The notes under the pieces are model-generated. The model ran no database searches, was not told where the DNA came from, and saw nothing but the letters and a program-made list of their open reading frames with translations. The translations under genes were made by a program, and so were the position numbers. A DNA stretch of 58,225 bases, counting the filler, from Catajapyx aquilonaris (Eukaryota), in NCBI GenBank assembly GCA_000934665.2. It is 3 parts of 3 records of this genome, joined end to end, with 100 filler letters (N's around TTAATTAATTAA, not from the genome) between each part and the next. Parts side by side here need not be neighbours in the genome. Positions count along the whole stretch, not along the records: positions 19,365 to 38,614 come from JYFJ02006502.1; positions 38,715 to 58,225 come from JYFJ02006503.1; 1 more part is not named here. One strand, 5' to 3'. Positions within the stretch are counted from its first letter, which is position 1; the number at the start of each line of letters is the position of its first letter. Below are positions 35,965 through 48,600 of this stretch, one piece after another.

Positions 35965-36148
35965 TCCAAGGATAGGGAAGGAAGGAAGCGGCTGTGGCCT
36001 ATTATACGGAAGCAACCCCGGAATTATCCTAGAAAGACCGTGGGAAACCACAGAAAACCACAGTCAGGGTTGCCGGCCCCGGGATTCTAACCCAGGACCT
36101 CCCGATTAGCAGTCGGACGCCCTATCCACTATGCCAACCTGCTTCGGT
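35965..36148 (-). mobile_element. tRNA-derived SINE (family 2, Lm1/Inv-like core)
   Basis: A box TGGCATAGTGG, B-like box GGTTAGAATCCC, core GGTTTTCTGTGGTTTCCC..CCGGGGTTGCTTCC..GGCCACAGCCGCTTCCTTCC. Confidence 0.75.
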
Positions 36149-36477
36149 AAATCATACTGCAATAAGTCCAGTAGGCCATTGTCCAAACCAGGCGACCTAT
36201 TTCGAAACGCGAATGTCTGATTTTGCGCTTTTCATTTACGACCCAGGGAAAAATTATTACCATATGTTCATTGTATGCTTTGCTATGTCTCATATCACAT
36301 CCAGAGCACGTAAATCATGATCCATAAACAAAATTACAATGATCAATTGGAAATCATGATAGCTTGCTGGCTGTTGGGGTTCTCGGGGTCAGACATGGCT
36401 GTGAGAAATTTGAGCGCTCTCCGTACCCGCGGGAAGTGGCTTAATAGTTAATTAGGCGTGATAAATAAATAAATAAA

Positions 36478-36760
36478 GGGCGACACGGTGGCCGAGTGGT
36501 TAGCGCCGCAGCCTTCCACCTCTAAGGTCCCGAGTTCGATCCCCGGGTCGGGCGGAGGATACTTATGTGGATAGAGTTTCGATGGGTTCTCTCCGTGTTC
36601 GCGTGGGTTTTGTCGGGGTTCTCCCGTTTCCTCCCACTATCAAAATCCATCACATTACAGGCAAATGATTAAAGTCGGATATTCAAAAGATGATCCCCTA
36701 AGAGGCCCAAGGGGCCTATCACGGGGTATCCAACTATCCATTATTAATAAATAAATAAAT
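36478..36760 (+). mobile_element. tRNA-derived SINE (family 3, V-SINE-like core)
   Basis: A box TGGCCGAGTGG, B box GAGTTCGATCCC, core GTTCTCTCCGTGTTCGCGTGGGTTTT..TTTCCTCCCAC, with (TAAA)n on both sides. Confidence 0.88.
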
Positions 36761-36984
36761 ATTATGTGCACACTTTCTCCTTTATTAATAGGAATGTTAT
36801 ATAATAATATAATAATGACCACTGCTTCGTTAGGACTAGGGAAATCAGAATAACAATGTTTGCGACCTTTGCGTACCCTCGGATCATCTGTATATTGGGA
36901 TGTTGAAAAAAAAAAAAAAAACTTTTTAACCGTTCGTGATTTTGTAAATCGTATGTACGCTGTGAAGCAGGACTGTTAATACAG

Positions 36985-37858
36985 GTAAATCAGCTTGAAA
37001 TAGGTATTTACACCACCTTCTGGAATGACCTCCTGCAAAGAACAAATGCTAATAGTAAAAATCTACAACATGCTAAACTCCATCTAAATACTGCTGTGGC
37101 GACTCTGACCAGCTTGAAAAACTATGTCCCATCAAAGCGTGACTCCTTCGACACTTATGAGAAGCAAGGCGAAGAGCTGTCTGGGTCAACAGAGTATGTG
37201 CAGACGACAACTCGACACAAGTTCCGCAATGTGCGTCTTAAGGATTATGGCCATGCAAAAGAAATTGAACTCAGCCCTTCTGAAAAATACACAACAAAAA
37301 CTTTTTTGCCTGTTATTGATCAGTTGTTATCGCTTCTCTCGACCAATATCTGCAAACATATAAACAGATATCAAGCAAATTTTGCTCTTTTAGCCATATG
37401 AAGGAACTGTCTTCAGACGAGCTTCAGGCCGCAGCAAAGCATCTCCTCAGGTCTTATCCAGATGACTTGGACATTACATTTATTGATGAACTGTGTCAGT
37501 TTGTAACATTTGCCAATATCTTCACAGACGAGGAGCCAAAATATATCAGCACTGAGCTTTTCCTGTACAGACTTATCATAGACAAGGGTGTGAAGGACAC
37601 TTTCCCCAAACATTGAGATATAGCTCTACATATATACACCTTATTTTGATGGTATCAAACTGTAGTGGCGAGCGCTCCTACTCGAAACTCAAATTAATTG
37701 AGGATCGATTACGGACATCCATGAAGCAGGAGCGTTTGGGAAATCTGGCTATCATGAGCATCGAGTCAGATATACTGCGTGATTTGGACTTCAGTGACAT
37801 CATCAGCGACTTTGTCGCACGAAAATCGAGAAAAATGTCTGGAGTCTCTGGACTGTAG
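36985..37858 (+). mobile_element. hAT transposase C-terminal remnant (ZMYM1/Tip100-like) with dimerisation domain
   Basis: FWNDLLQR..SKNLQ, FLPVID, YPDDLD, DTFP, SNCSGERSYSKLKLI..RLRTSMKQERL..LAIMSIE..FSDIISDF..KSRK. Frameshifted. Confidence 0.9.
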
Positions 37859-38614
37859 TGGTTATAACTCCATCAATCCTGCGCTGATTCATAGGACAAA
37901 ACCAAAGCATAGGCAAGATACACACACAGAAATAATACATGACTGTATTACTTTTTTGAGTGTGTCTTACCAATGCTTTGGTTTTGTGCCACACATATGC
38001 GTAGAGAGTGGGGTGCACGTGCAGCCCTGTTTGCAACCCTTCTCTTCGCATATGCGTGGTCTCCCTTGCGCTTGACTGCCCCAACTGGCCTTCCTGCCGT
38101 CAAGGCCGTTGTGCCACGGCCCAACTGGGGCAGTCGACGGGATGTGGCCGTGGGTTGAACGGGCATCTTGGGCCCTGCTCTCCGTGCTCTGAATACGGCC
38201 GGATGAATTCCTTCCATCCGTCTTTCTGATGGTTTGCTGCAGCTGGCCTCCAGGTTGCATGCTGTAAGTGAAGAAGTGCAGCATATTTTAATGCAGAAAC
38301 TTCTCAACAGTGTCAAAATTTAAGGTTATACATATTGTTGAGATCTCTTTTTCCATCATCGTTATTATCTAAAAATGTAGGGTGGAATATTCGTCCCACT
38401 ACCAGTTACTGCTAACACAGCAGTGTCAGGAAAATTCCACCCATAGCCTACACTTCCATTAAATTAGATTAATAAAAGATTTTAAAGACAGAATGTGTGG
38501 ACTTCCTTTTACCTCAACCAAGAGCTAATAACTGAGAGCATGTGACAAGTCCTTTGCCGTGACTGCACCTCTGATGGACCAGGGAAGTGTTGAGATTAGT
38601 TTCCCTCTGGCGCG

Positions 38615-38714
38615 NNNNNNNNNNNNNNNNNNNNNNNNNNNNNNNNNNNNNNNNNNNNTTAATTAATTAANNNNNNNNNNNNNNNNNNNNNNNNNNNNNN
38701 NNNNNNNNNNNNNN
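38615..38714. other. Artificial contig spacer
   Basis: 44 N + TTAATTAATTAA + 44 N. Confidence 0.97.
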
Positions 38715-39077
38715 GAATTTTGACCAAAATATGCAATGTTGGAGATTTTTTTGCAGGTGACTGTACCATTAAATAAGGTAAATTTATGCATTACATGACA
38801 GCGTGTTCTTCTAAAAGCATGAGTTTAAAATTTCATGTTGGTTGTCAGAACAGTTCCCGAGATATACTCATTGAAAGCAAAGGAAAAAGTGCACTTCCCG
38901 TGAAGGTTATTTTGGTACCCCTTGAAAGAAATAATAATATATCGATAACTAAATTTAATCTCGTAAAACTGATTGCTCCATAAGGGTTCAATTGGATGTG
39001 GGTTTCACATATATTTTTTTTAAAAAAATCGAAGACCATGACTGGGCACCCACCGTCTGGATTGAAATGGAACCAGC

Positions 39078-39143
39078 CAATACTGGTTTTTCACCAGGAA
39101 TCTCACTACGTGAAGCTTGTGAACCATTTGCCGACCACCCAGT
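39078..39143. mobile_element. Terminal fragment of the MITE family at 53874-54437
   Basis: ATACTGGTTTTTCACCAGGAATCTCACTAC..CATTTGCCGACCACCCAG-TA matches the right end of that element. Confidence 0.75.
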
Positions 39144-39666
39144 ATACTATTCTCATAAACACCCCATGTTATTAACAAAAACTAAATCCCTTGAGTTAGA
39201 GAGCACACTGTCAATCTGTCATTAATTGTTAAATAATTTGAAGACTTCAGGAGAAGAACGATCACGGTCCACTTCAGGTGAAACTGAGATATTGCAATAT
39301 AAAACTTCTAAGGCCCATAACAATTTATTGTACATCCCATGTTCAGGGCCTTCCATAGTGGACTATGATCATTACTCCATAACCACACCATCATATTCTA
39401 CAATAGGAAAACTATCCTATGGGATATGTAACTTATGGTGGGTTTACATGTGAGCGATTTGACGAGTGAAGCGGAGCGAAATCTTCACCAAGGCTGAAAT
39501 TAAAAATCTATTTTCGCCTCAAAGAATATTGGCTCCTTGGGTTACTTAGCCTCTGCAAAGATTTTGCTCATCAAATTGCTCACATGTAAAGGCATCTCAA
39601 TTTTTGACAAAAAGAGGTTCTTCCCCTGAGGTTTTCATATACCAAGTAGATAACAGTACAACTCAC

Positions 39667-42600
39667 ATTCTTCAGTACTCCCACTAAAAGATTCTGCAAC
39701 CTTAAGAAAAACCTCCTCTAATGTGGTGTTCTTGATTCCATAACTCTTAATGTGAAGGTTACTTCTACTCAATTCTAGATTTTCAAATAACTTCTCAAAG
39801 TTTCCCTTCTTGAGTTCAGTTGTAGGGAGGATATAGTGCAGCTCATGTTTGGTCTCGTTTATCAGGTAGGATGTCCTTACCCACTCGGCTATAAACTTTG
39901 TCACTTCCTTTTCACTGCAGAGGGTGCTGAATGACCTGAAACACAAGTTTTTGCCCTTCCTTCAATTGCTTCAGTAGCAATAGCAACAAAGTCTACAATG
40001 CTGACAAGGAAGTCTCTGGCCTTATCTGCTTGGCTGCTCCGAACTGTTTCAGGTCTGTTTTCTCATCATCATTCAATATCACATTATTTTTCCCCATCAT
40101 TTCCAAACAGGGACATCCCGCTAATGCAACTGACAATAAAGTGAGTCTTCCTTCAGATATAGTCCTCCAAACTCCCACACTAACAGGAATCCCATGCACA
40201 CTACGACTGAGGTCTAAAGAAACGCTCACTTGCTGGGAATTTTAAAACTGCCCATACGCATGATGAAATCTGCGTGCATGAAATGCTCTGGAATTCCATT
40301 TGGATTTGCTTCACAGGCACCAGTGCTCCACACCATAATATGCAATACCACCCCAAGCTTGAGAAAATGCATGCACCTGCCAATAAAGTGGTCCTTCACT
40401 TCATCCTTCTACAGTACATTTTAACAACCAATGGGATGACAAATGAACAAATTCCACATTCTTGACCCTTACCATCATCATAGTTTGAATCTTCATTCAA
40501 AAACAGCACTCTCCTGCTTCAATTTCCACAATTGGGTCTGACCACAAATCTGGACCTGAGTGCAAGATGAACTACAGTCGAATCCCTCTATAATGAAATT
40601 GGAGGGAACCAAATTTTCTTTCGTTACATGCGAAATTCGTTATATAAAAAAATCGCGTTTAAACCTCACTTTTTTCGATATTTAGGCATTATACAGGGTG
40701 ATCAAACTTTTTTGTCGTTTAAGTTATTGACAAATTCGGCCTAAGCTGCTTATATTGTAGCCCTTTACCTGGCAACCCCGTCCGGCAGGCCAATTCGAAC
40801 ACCAGCACATGGAGAGTGCTTCCATTGTTGCCACTGTTTACAAATAGAGTGAGTGACGCGGACGACCCAGCGACGGGTCTCTTCTGGCTGCTTACACATC
40901 AGTAGCAAGGGATACGTAGGGAAAATAATGATGTTACTGAGAACAAGTCATTTTGGGGAAATGTTCCTTGCTGGACTCAAAGAAAGGTTTTCGTCCACAA
41001 CTCACCTGCACACGAGATATATTCCATCGCTGAGGAGGGAGCGTCAATTAAGATCAGGGGTGTGCTAATCGAAAGTACGTCAACTGACGGATTCCTTCGG
41101 TTTTTGTGTCTTTTCCGCATCATTCGACCACCGCTAAGACGAATGGAGGCCGTGCCCTCTGTGACAGAACCGCACCTGTCTCGTAATTTGTCCCCATAAG
41201 ACGTCATAATTCAAAATGGCCTCCCCATATATACGAGTACGTGTCATTCGTGTCATATTCGCGACAGGAAGAGGAACAGGATTACTATCGGATTTTTAAA
41301 TACTGCTGGCCCCTGTGTTTGACTCTAAATAACGCCCTGGAAAAGGGTCCAAAAATAACTTTATTTATTTATTTACTTCTTATTTATTTACTTCTTATTT
41401 ATTTACTTTTTATTTATTTATTTAATTTAATTTACCCCGTGATGTCCCTTTAAGGGAGCTATAGGGGGGTAGTATACCACCATCAGTTTTTTTGACTAGT
41501 TGCCAAAGTTACGCCGAAAAGTGAATTTTTTATGACGCGTCTCGTAGGCCCAAAAATTCCCCCTGTGAACCCTGGATAGTGCAAATCTTTGACTATGTAA
41601 TGATATATTTGAAACTTAGAAATCGCCATTTGTGTAATCATAATTTAGTTAATTGCACACCTCAGTTATCTCGGCCATTTATAATCCGAATTACTTCACC
41701 AATGTATCGACGGCAAGCCAGAAATGCGCATGAAAAAATTACACAGAGATCTATTACACTAAAGATTTTAAACGTATTAAAAAGTATTGCCGTCTATTCT
41801 CACCAGAAAGCGGGCTGGGTACTTTTTTATTACTTACTAAAACAATACTTTTAAATTTTTTAGTGTAAGTTAATAGAGAACAGTGTAATTTTATAACGCA
41901 CATTTCTGGCTTGCCGTCGATACATTTGCAAAGTAATTCGGATTATAGATGGCCGAGATAACTGAGGTGTGCAATTAACTGAATTATGATTACACAAATG
42001 GGGATTTCTAAGTTTCAAATATATCATTAGCTAGACAAAGATTTGCACTATCCAGGGTTCACAGGAGGAATTTTGGTCCTATGAGAAGTGTCATAAAAAT
42101 TCACTTTGCGGCGTAACTTTGGCAACTAGTCAAAAAATGACGCTTTTCCACCTTCTTCTTGCGATAAAAAATTACAAAATGAAGATAGGTAATCAACTCG
42201 CATGTATGTTACGTAGATTTAAACAAGACTTCTAATGATGTATAACGTTATTTTTTGGACCCTTTTCCTGGGCGTTATTTAGAGTCAAACACAGGGGCCA
42301 GTATTTAAAAATCCGATAGTAGTCCTGTTCCTCTTCCTGTCGCGAATATGACACGAATGACACGTACTCGTATATATGGGGAGGCCATTTTGAATTATGA
42401 CGTCTTATGGGGACAAATTACGAGACAGGTGCGGTTCTGTCACAGAGGGCACGGCCTCCATTCGTCTTAGCGGTGGTCGAATGATGCGGAAAAGACACAA
42501 AAACCGAAAGAATCCGTCAGTTGACGTACTTTCGATTAGCACACCCCTGATCTTAATTGACGCTCCCTCCTCAGCGATGGAATATATCTCGTGTGCAGGT

Positions 42601-45600
42601 GTGTTGTGGACGAAAACCTTTCTTTGAGTCCAGCAAGGAACATTTCCCCAAAATGACTTGTTCTCAGTAACATCATTATTTTCCCTACGTATCCCTTGCT
42701 ACTGATGTGTAAGCAGCCAGAAGAGACCCGTCGCTGGGTCGTCCGCGTCACTCACTCTATTTGTAAACAGTGGCAACAATGGAAGCACTCTCCATGTGCT
42801 GGTGTTTGAATTGGCCCGCCGGACGGGGTTGCCAGGTAACGGGCTACAATATAAGCAGCTTAGGCCGAATTTGTCAATAACTAAAACGACAAAAAAGTTT
42901 GATCACCCTGTATTAAGCGGGAAAAATAGTTTAAAAATTATTCTGCGCTAAATTAGATTATCTCACAAAGCACGGCGCAAAGGCGACAACAATAAGCTAC
43001 AGCAATTCGGCCGATCAGCTAACCCGCCGCGTCGGCATAATATGCCCGCCATAATCTCCCGCAAGGGGGGAAAGAGGAAATGGGNAAAGATGATAAGGAA
43101 AGGTCAGGCTCTTCCTCTTTGGTGCCATGCCGAAAACTGCTTCTGAGTGAAGTGTGCAGGAATCGGACACTGACTGTGACTGAACAAACACCAGAGGACT
43201 GCGCCAGATGCAGGCCAAAGCCCTTCTCCTTTTCCGCTGGAACCCTCATGGCCTCATCCCACCTTTTAGGCACATATGATAAGTCAGTGTCTGGGAATTC
43301 CGTTCCAGATGTGATTAGTTTTGCTGCTCAAATTTCCAATGAATTTTCCCAGGTTTTAATGACCTGCCTCTTCCCTGGGGGGGCCATGTGCTAGCAATAA
43401 ATCCAGTGGGCAGCTCTGAGTCACTGCACAACAGCCCTCCACCCCTCCCAGAGAATCCTTTCCCTTCCATTAGGACCCCAAATTATCAACTTTTCGAGGG
43501 AATGTGTGAAAAAAGGTTGAATCCCTAACACACAGACTATGGTGATTTACGGCCCAATTTTCCAACTTCCGCTCTTTTTCGGGTGAGAGGTGGGACTGGA
43601 GGAGCGAAATTTTTTCGCTATATGCGAACCGAAACCGAAAATCCTTTCATTAAAAGTGAATATTTTTGACATGAGTTTATATGGGGCTTCTGACGGTCAC
43701 AAATTTTCTTTCGTTATAAGCGGATTTTTGTTATATCCGGATTCGTTATAGAGGGATTCAACTGTAGTTCATAACTGACCCTGGGTGCCACATGTACTAG
43801 ATCAGGACAGCCCTTAGGATGCACCAGAGCCAAATGGACAGCTTTGGACCGCTTAAAATCAGTTCGGAGTAGCCAAATGAGCCTGAGTTTATTCACAAAT
43901 GTGCAAATATCACCACTGATACCTCTGCTGGGAATTTTCATCCAAGTCCTGCTCTCTCTGATGTTCTTTGACAATGTAGAGATGGTACCCTTCACCCAGA
44001 TTATTCTTCAAGAAGAGAGAAGTGCCACAACACTTTAGCTGTCCATTGGCCATTATTGCAATACGATCACCCAGAATATCTGCTTCATCCATATGATGCG
44101 TTGACATTAAAATTGTCCTACCTGGAAAAGAAGTATCAATAGAAGAACCAACCTGAGAAAATTATTTTGCATTTCTATGAAGTCCATAGAAGCAAAATAT
44201 ATCTTAGCGAAAATAATTTGAACTGCAAATTTTAGAACTAAAACTCAACTGGCTGTAAGCTACATGATCACATTGAAGAAGAAAAAAACTAGTAAAAAGT
44301 AGATCCACATTTAAAATGTTTTTGTGAGCAGCATATGTGCATGTAATGTAACGTCAGCGGGCATTCCCCCAATGATGATGATAAAGAGTCCATATGGTTC
44401 CCATACTAGGTCTTCATGGAGATCCAAGTCGAGGGGAACAGCAAAAACCATACTGAACATTGACCTGTGTCCAATATAGATTATTTTGATGAAAAAATCA
44501 TTTCTCTAGCTCAAGGGAAACATCGATTATTTTGGCCAAACATTAGTATTGTCCAAAAGTGAAAATTGATTTTTCTGATTTTAAGAAAACCTGTAAGTGG
44601 GAACAGTAATATGACTAAAAGCATATGGGGAAGGAGTAGGGCTTACAGACACACGAAAAGTGGGAGGATGAGTGGTGGCTGGGGGCAATGGCTGTGTTGC
44701 AAACGGAAGGATGCAAGTATTGTATAGATTTTTTGGATCTGTAATGACAGAACGAATGTGGCAGGGGAAGGGGTCAGCTGTACCAACCCAACCCAACACA
44801 ACCTAACCTAACCTTCTTTCGTTGCGGATACAGACCTATCTTCAGCGGATACAAGCCTATCCTTCAGGCTGCCTGCTCCGTGTTTGAGAGACAGCCATTG
44901 CCCCCAGCCCCCACTCACCCTCCCGCCTTCTGCGTGTCTAAGAAGCCACCTCTAATCGCATATTGTAAATATACGAATGGTCTACAAAAAGATGTACAAT
45001 TCATACCTCCAAACACATGGAATCTTTCTGAAATATTGCAATGAAAATCTTTTAAATCGTGAAAACATGCCAATGCCCCTTTATTTCCCTCTGGGAGTGG
45101 CAGGAGTTAAGTGGGCTCTACACCGTCGATCCAATTCGGATTCCGACTCTCCGACTTGGAGGCATTGGACACCCTGTTCAGACTGTCCAATGTCCAATGT
45201 TCGATGTTCGAAAGTGGAGGGACACGTTTTTGTGAAGGGGGGTGGAGGGTGGCGGCAAGTTTGTTTACTAAAATAAAGGTGGAGGTGAGGGTGGTGTGGG
45301 GGGCAATGAGTTCGCCTAGAAGACCTCACTAGCCAATCAGAGAGCCAGGATGAGTCGAACAGTGATTCACACAATCAATCCGACATCTTGGCCCACCCAC
45401 TCTCCCGTCTCAGACCTGCCCAGGTGACCTGAACTAGCTTCCCTGGCTCCGACGTCAGATCTGACACGGAATGCCATTTACACAGTCGGTTCGATGTTTT
45501 AATACGGTCGAAGTCAGAGTCAGATCGACTGCGTAAAGTCCACTTTAGTTTTGCTAAAGATAATTATATAGAAAAATATTTACAGTACATCTTTGGAGAA

Positions 45601-48600
45601 TGAATTTTACCATCTCGATGGACCAGTCCCACAGTCCGATGTAAATTATGCAATTTTGCAAAAGTGCTCACTTTGAGCCCATCTTCAGCCATTGTGCACT
45701 TGACTACAGTAGGGACAAGATAACTTACGGGTTTTGGGAGGTGGCTTGTGTCCTTGGTAACCATATTTAGCCCCGCCCCCTGTTGAGTTTTTTGTATGGT
45801 CCACTGGTAGGGGGTGGGGCTAATTATGGTTGCCAAGGACACAAGCCAAACCCCACAAGTTAGAATGTCCCTACTGTAACTTGGTACCAAATGACTTGTA
45901 TAATATTGCCAAATAACATTATGCATGACATGACTCATTTTGAGACTGTATGGACCCTCTGTCAGCACTTCTGACACATTAAAAAATGGCATTCTCAAAA
46001 TTAACAGGTTCTGAACAATTATCAATTGATGTGCTAAAAATGAAACCATTAAAAGAGCATATTGCCCCTAAGAATGTCACCCACAACACTTGTACTTGAT
46101 GATTAGATCCCAAATGGCCCTTCTTGAGTATGGATCAACTCCTGCAGTAGGCTCATCCAAGATTACTGTCCTGCTTCCACCAACAAAGGCAATAGCTACA
46201 GATAACTTCCGCTTCATCCCTCCCGAAAGGTAATCGACTTTCTGTTCCTTTTTGTGAGGGAGTCCAACATCATCAATAAGCCTGAAATTTTCAAGTCATG
46301 TCAAAACCACTTTGGAAAGCTTGTAGCTGTAAGAAGAGTAGTATAAGAATTAACACGGAGAAAACCCATTGAAACTCGATCCACATAAGCATCCTCTGTC
46401 CGACCCGGGGATCGAACTAGGGACCTTGGAGGTGGAAGGCTGTGGTGCTAACCACTCCGCCACTGTGCCGCCCCAGTTAATTAATGAAAATTAAATTAAA
46501 TAATTCTAAATTGCCTCATTGAATTTTTGTATGAGAAATGTGACATGTGTCAACTGCAAAATCACAAGCTCAGAGTCAGCAATATTTTTTGCCTATTATG
46601 CCTGGTTTCCACCTGGGGAATATTTGTCATGGTCATAATTACAATTACAAATAATACATACATGCAAGTAATAGAAAAAACCTAAACTCGGATCAATACT
46701 TACCTCATGAAAATACGGACTAAGACACTTGAATCTGACGAAAGCACAGAAACCTTAATTGAATCCTCGGCAAGGATGCGGACATTAGCGTCTGCCCAAT
46801 GATTCCATAAATTTTACCTGAGTTTCCTGTCTTAGATTTCTCCGGAAATCAGAGTAGAAAAGTATAAAAGCAGAAATTCTGGGGCTGCAAGGGAGCAGTA
46901 GTAAGTGAGTTGGAATAAGGTGCAGTACTAGCGCCATCATGAAGCCAGCCGATCGATCTACTACTCATGTAGTGCAACCAAATATTATTAACGCGTGTTA
47001 ATAATATTTGGTGCAACTGCAACTATCTTGAGGTAAGCCATGAGACTAATACAAAATTTCCAATAGCAAGTTTAATTTTGGAGGGAGAGACGAGTGTGTA
47101 ATATTTAAATATGTCACTTTGAACTGTATTATAAAGAAGACTACCAAGCACTAATGTAGGGTGCATTAATGTAATTTGAACTTGAATTAAAATATGTTAG
47201 TTGAATCTTTCCTCTGGCTTTACTTCTATCCTGTACGACTTAATCCCATTTAACTTAAATTGCAGCCACTACCTGCAGTGGTTTGACATACAGGTAATAA
47301 AAATCTATCTTCTCTTTCTCTCTACCTCTGCCCCCCCNNNNNNCCCTCACAAACCTTGTCCCCAAATCTAACCAAGAAGGATGGAGAACAGAATAAGGTC
47401 ATTATTTTAGTTATGCCTATTGTACTTGCTAAATGATAACCTCATCCTAGCCCTAGCTCTGAAGTATTTAAAATGAACTTGAAATAATTGTTATTTTTCT
47501 GACTTACAATTCACTTCATATCCACCTTAACCCAGATATGCCTAGCATCCCCTATAGGGGACACTGTGCAGTTGTTACGTTTTTATTTTTTTTGCGATAA
47601 TTCTTCTGCTGTTAAAGACTCACAGTAGTCACAGGGACTTCAGCAGAGTCACAGTTAATGATGCATGTTCAAAAATGCTCAGTATTGATTCAGCGTTTTA
47701 AGATACATGTGCTTGAATTTGAACTCTGGGGAAAAAATGGCTGCACCTTCATGTTCTGAATATAATTAGTAATTCATTCTCGAATGTTGATTAGTATTAT
47801 GAGTAATTTATTATTTGTAATACTTTGAGAACTTTTGAATGATGATATCAATGTGGAAATATAGGCATATTTTTTACTCTCCTTGTCTGAGAGTAGTGCT
47901 GATATCTGGTGTCCCCTCCGGGGAAGACAAGAGGCAAATGCACCCACATTTGTACACGTAAAATACGTGTGTTAATTTTGTACGCTTTGTTGAAAGGTAT
48001 TTTAATGAATCCGTATCATTAAAACGAGATCACATGGCAACGGGTTACCATGGCAATAGTAGCATCAATGCTTGATTGTTGTTGATTCTTACTCAATTAC
48101 AACCCCTTCTTCGCATGGCCTGTTTCCGTGGAAATAAAATCGACAACAATCAATCATTGGTGATTTAATGAAACTATGGATATTGCTGAATGTCACTGTT
48201 GCGATGGTAATGTAATCAACAACTATTATAGCCATACTAGGTTACATTTTTCTAGCATCCCATAATTATAAGGAACTGACATTTTCTCACAAACAAGCAT
48301 GAAGATAAATGTTTTATCTTGATTTTTGTGTTTTTGGAACTAATATGAACTAATAAAAACAAGTTCAAAAATTCGACAAAAAATTTTCCCGGCATATCTG
48401 GGTTAAAGCTCTTAGAATCATTACCACATGCGTGTATATCTTGCAACTTTTCAAAATGCGAAGTCAGTGCCATGATGTAAATAACACATACTTGTCCATT
48501 TCTCGGTTTATCTCATCTGAGGGCATCCCTTTGAGCCTGGCATAGAACCACAGGTGCTCTGCTACTGTGAGCTCATCAAACAAAACATTGTGTTGTGGAC

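Noticed and set aside
36478..36555. tRNA-like sequences here and at about 31435-31510, 36075-36148, 46400-46474 and 50300-50374
   Set aside because: They have A/B boxes but run into SINE bodies and lack convincing cloverleafs, so they are SINE heads rather than tRNA genes.
40853..42751. Pairs of near-identical ORFs on opposite strands (40853/42536 and 40977/42397)
   Set aside because: A by-product of the fold-back element's arms; no recognisable domain.
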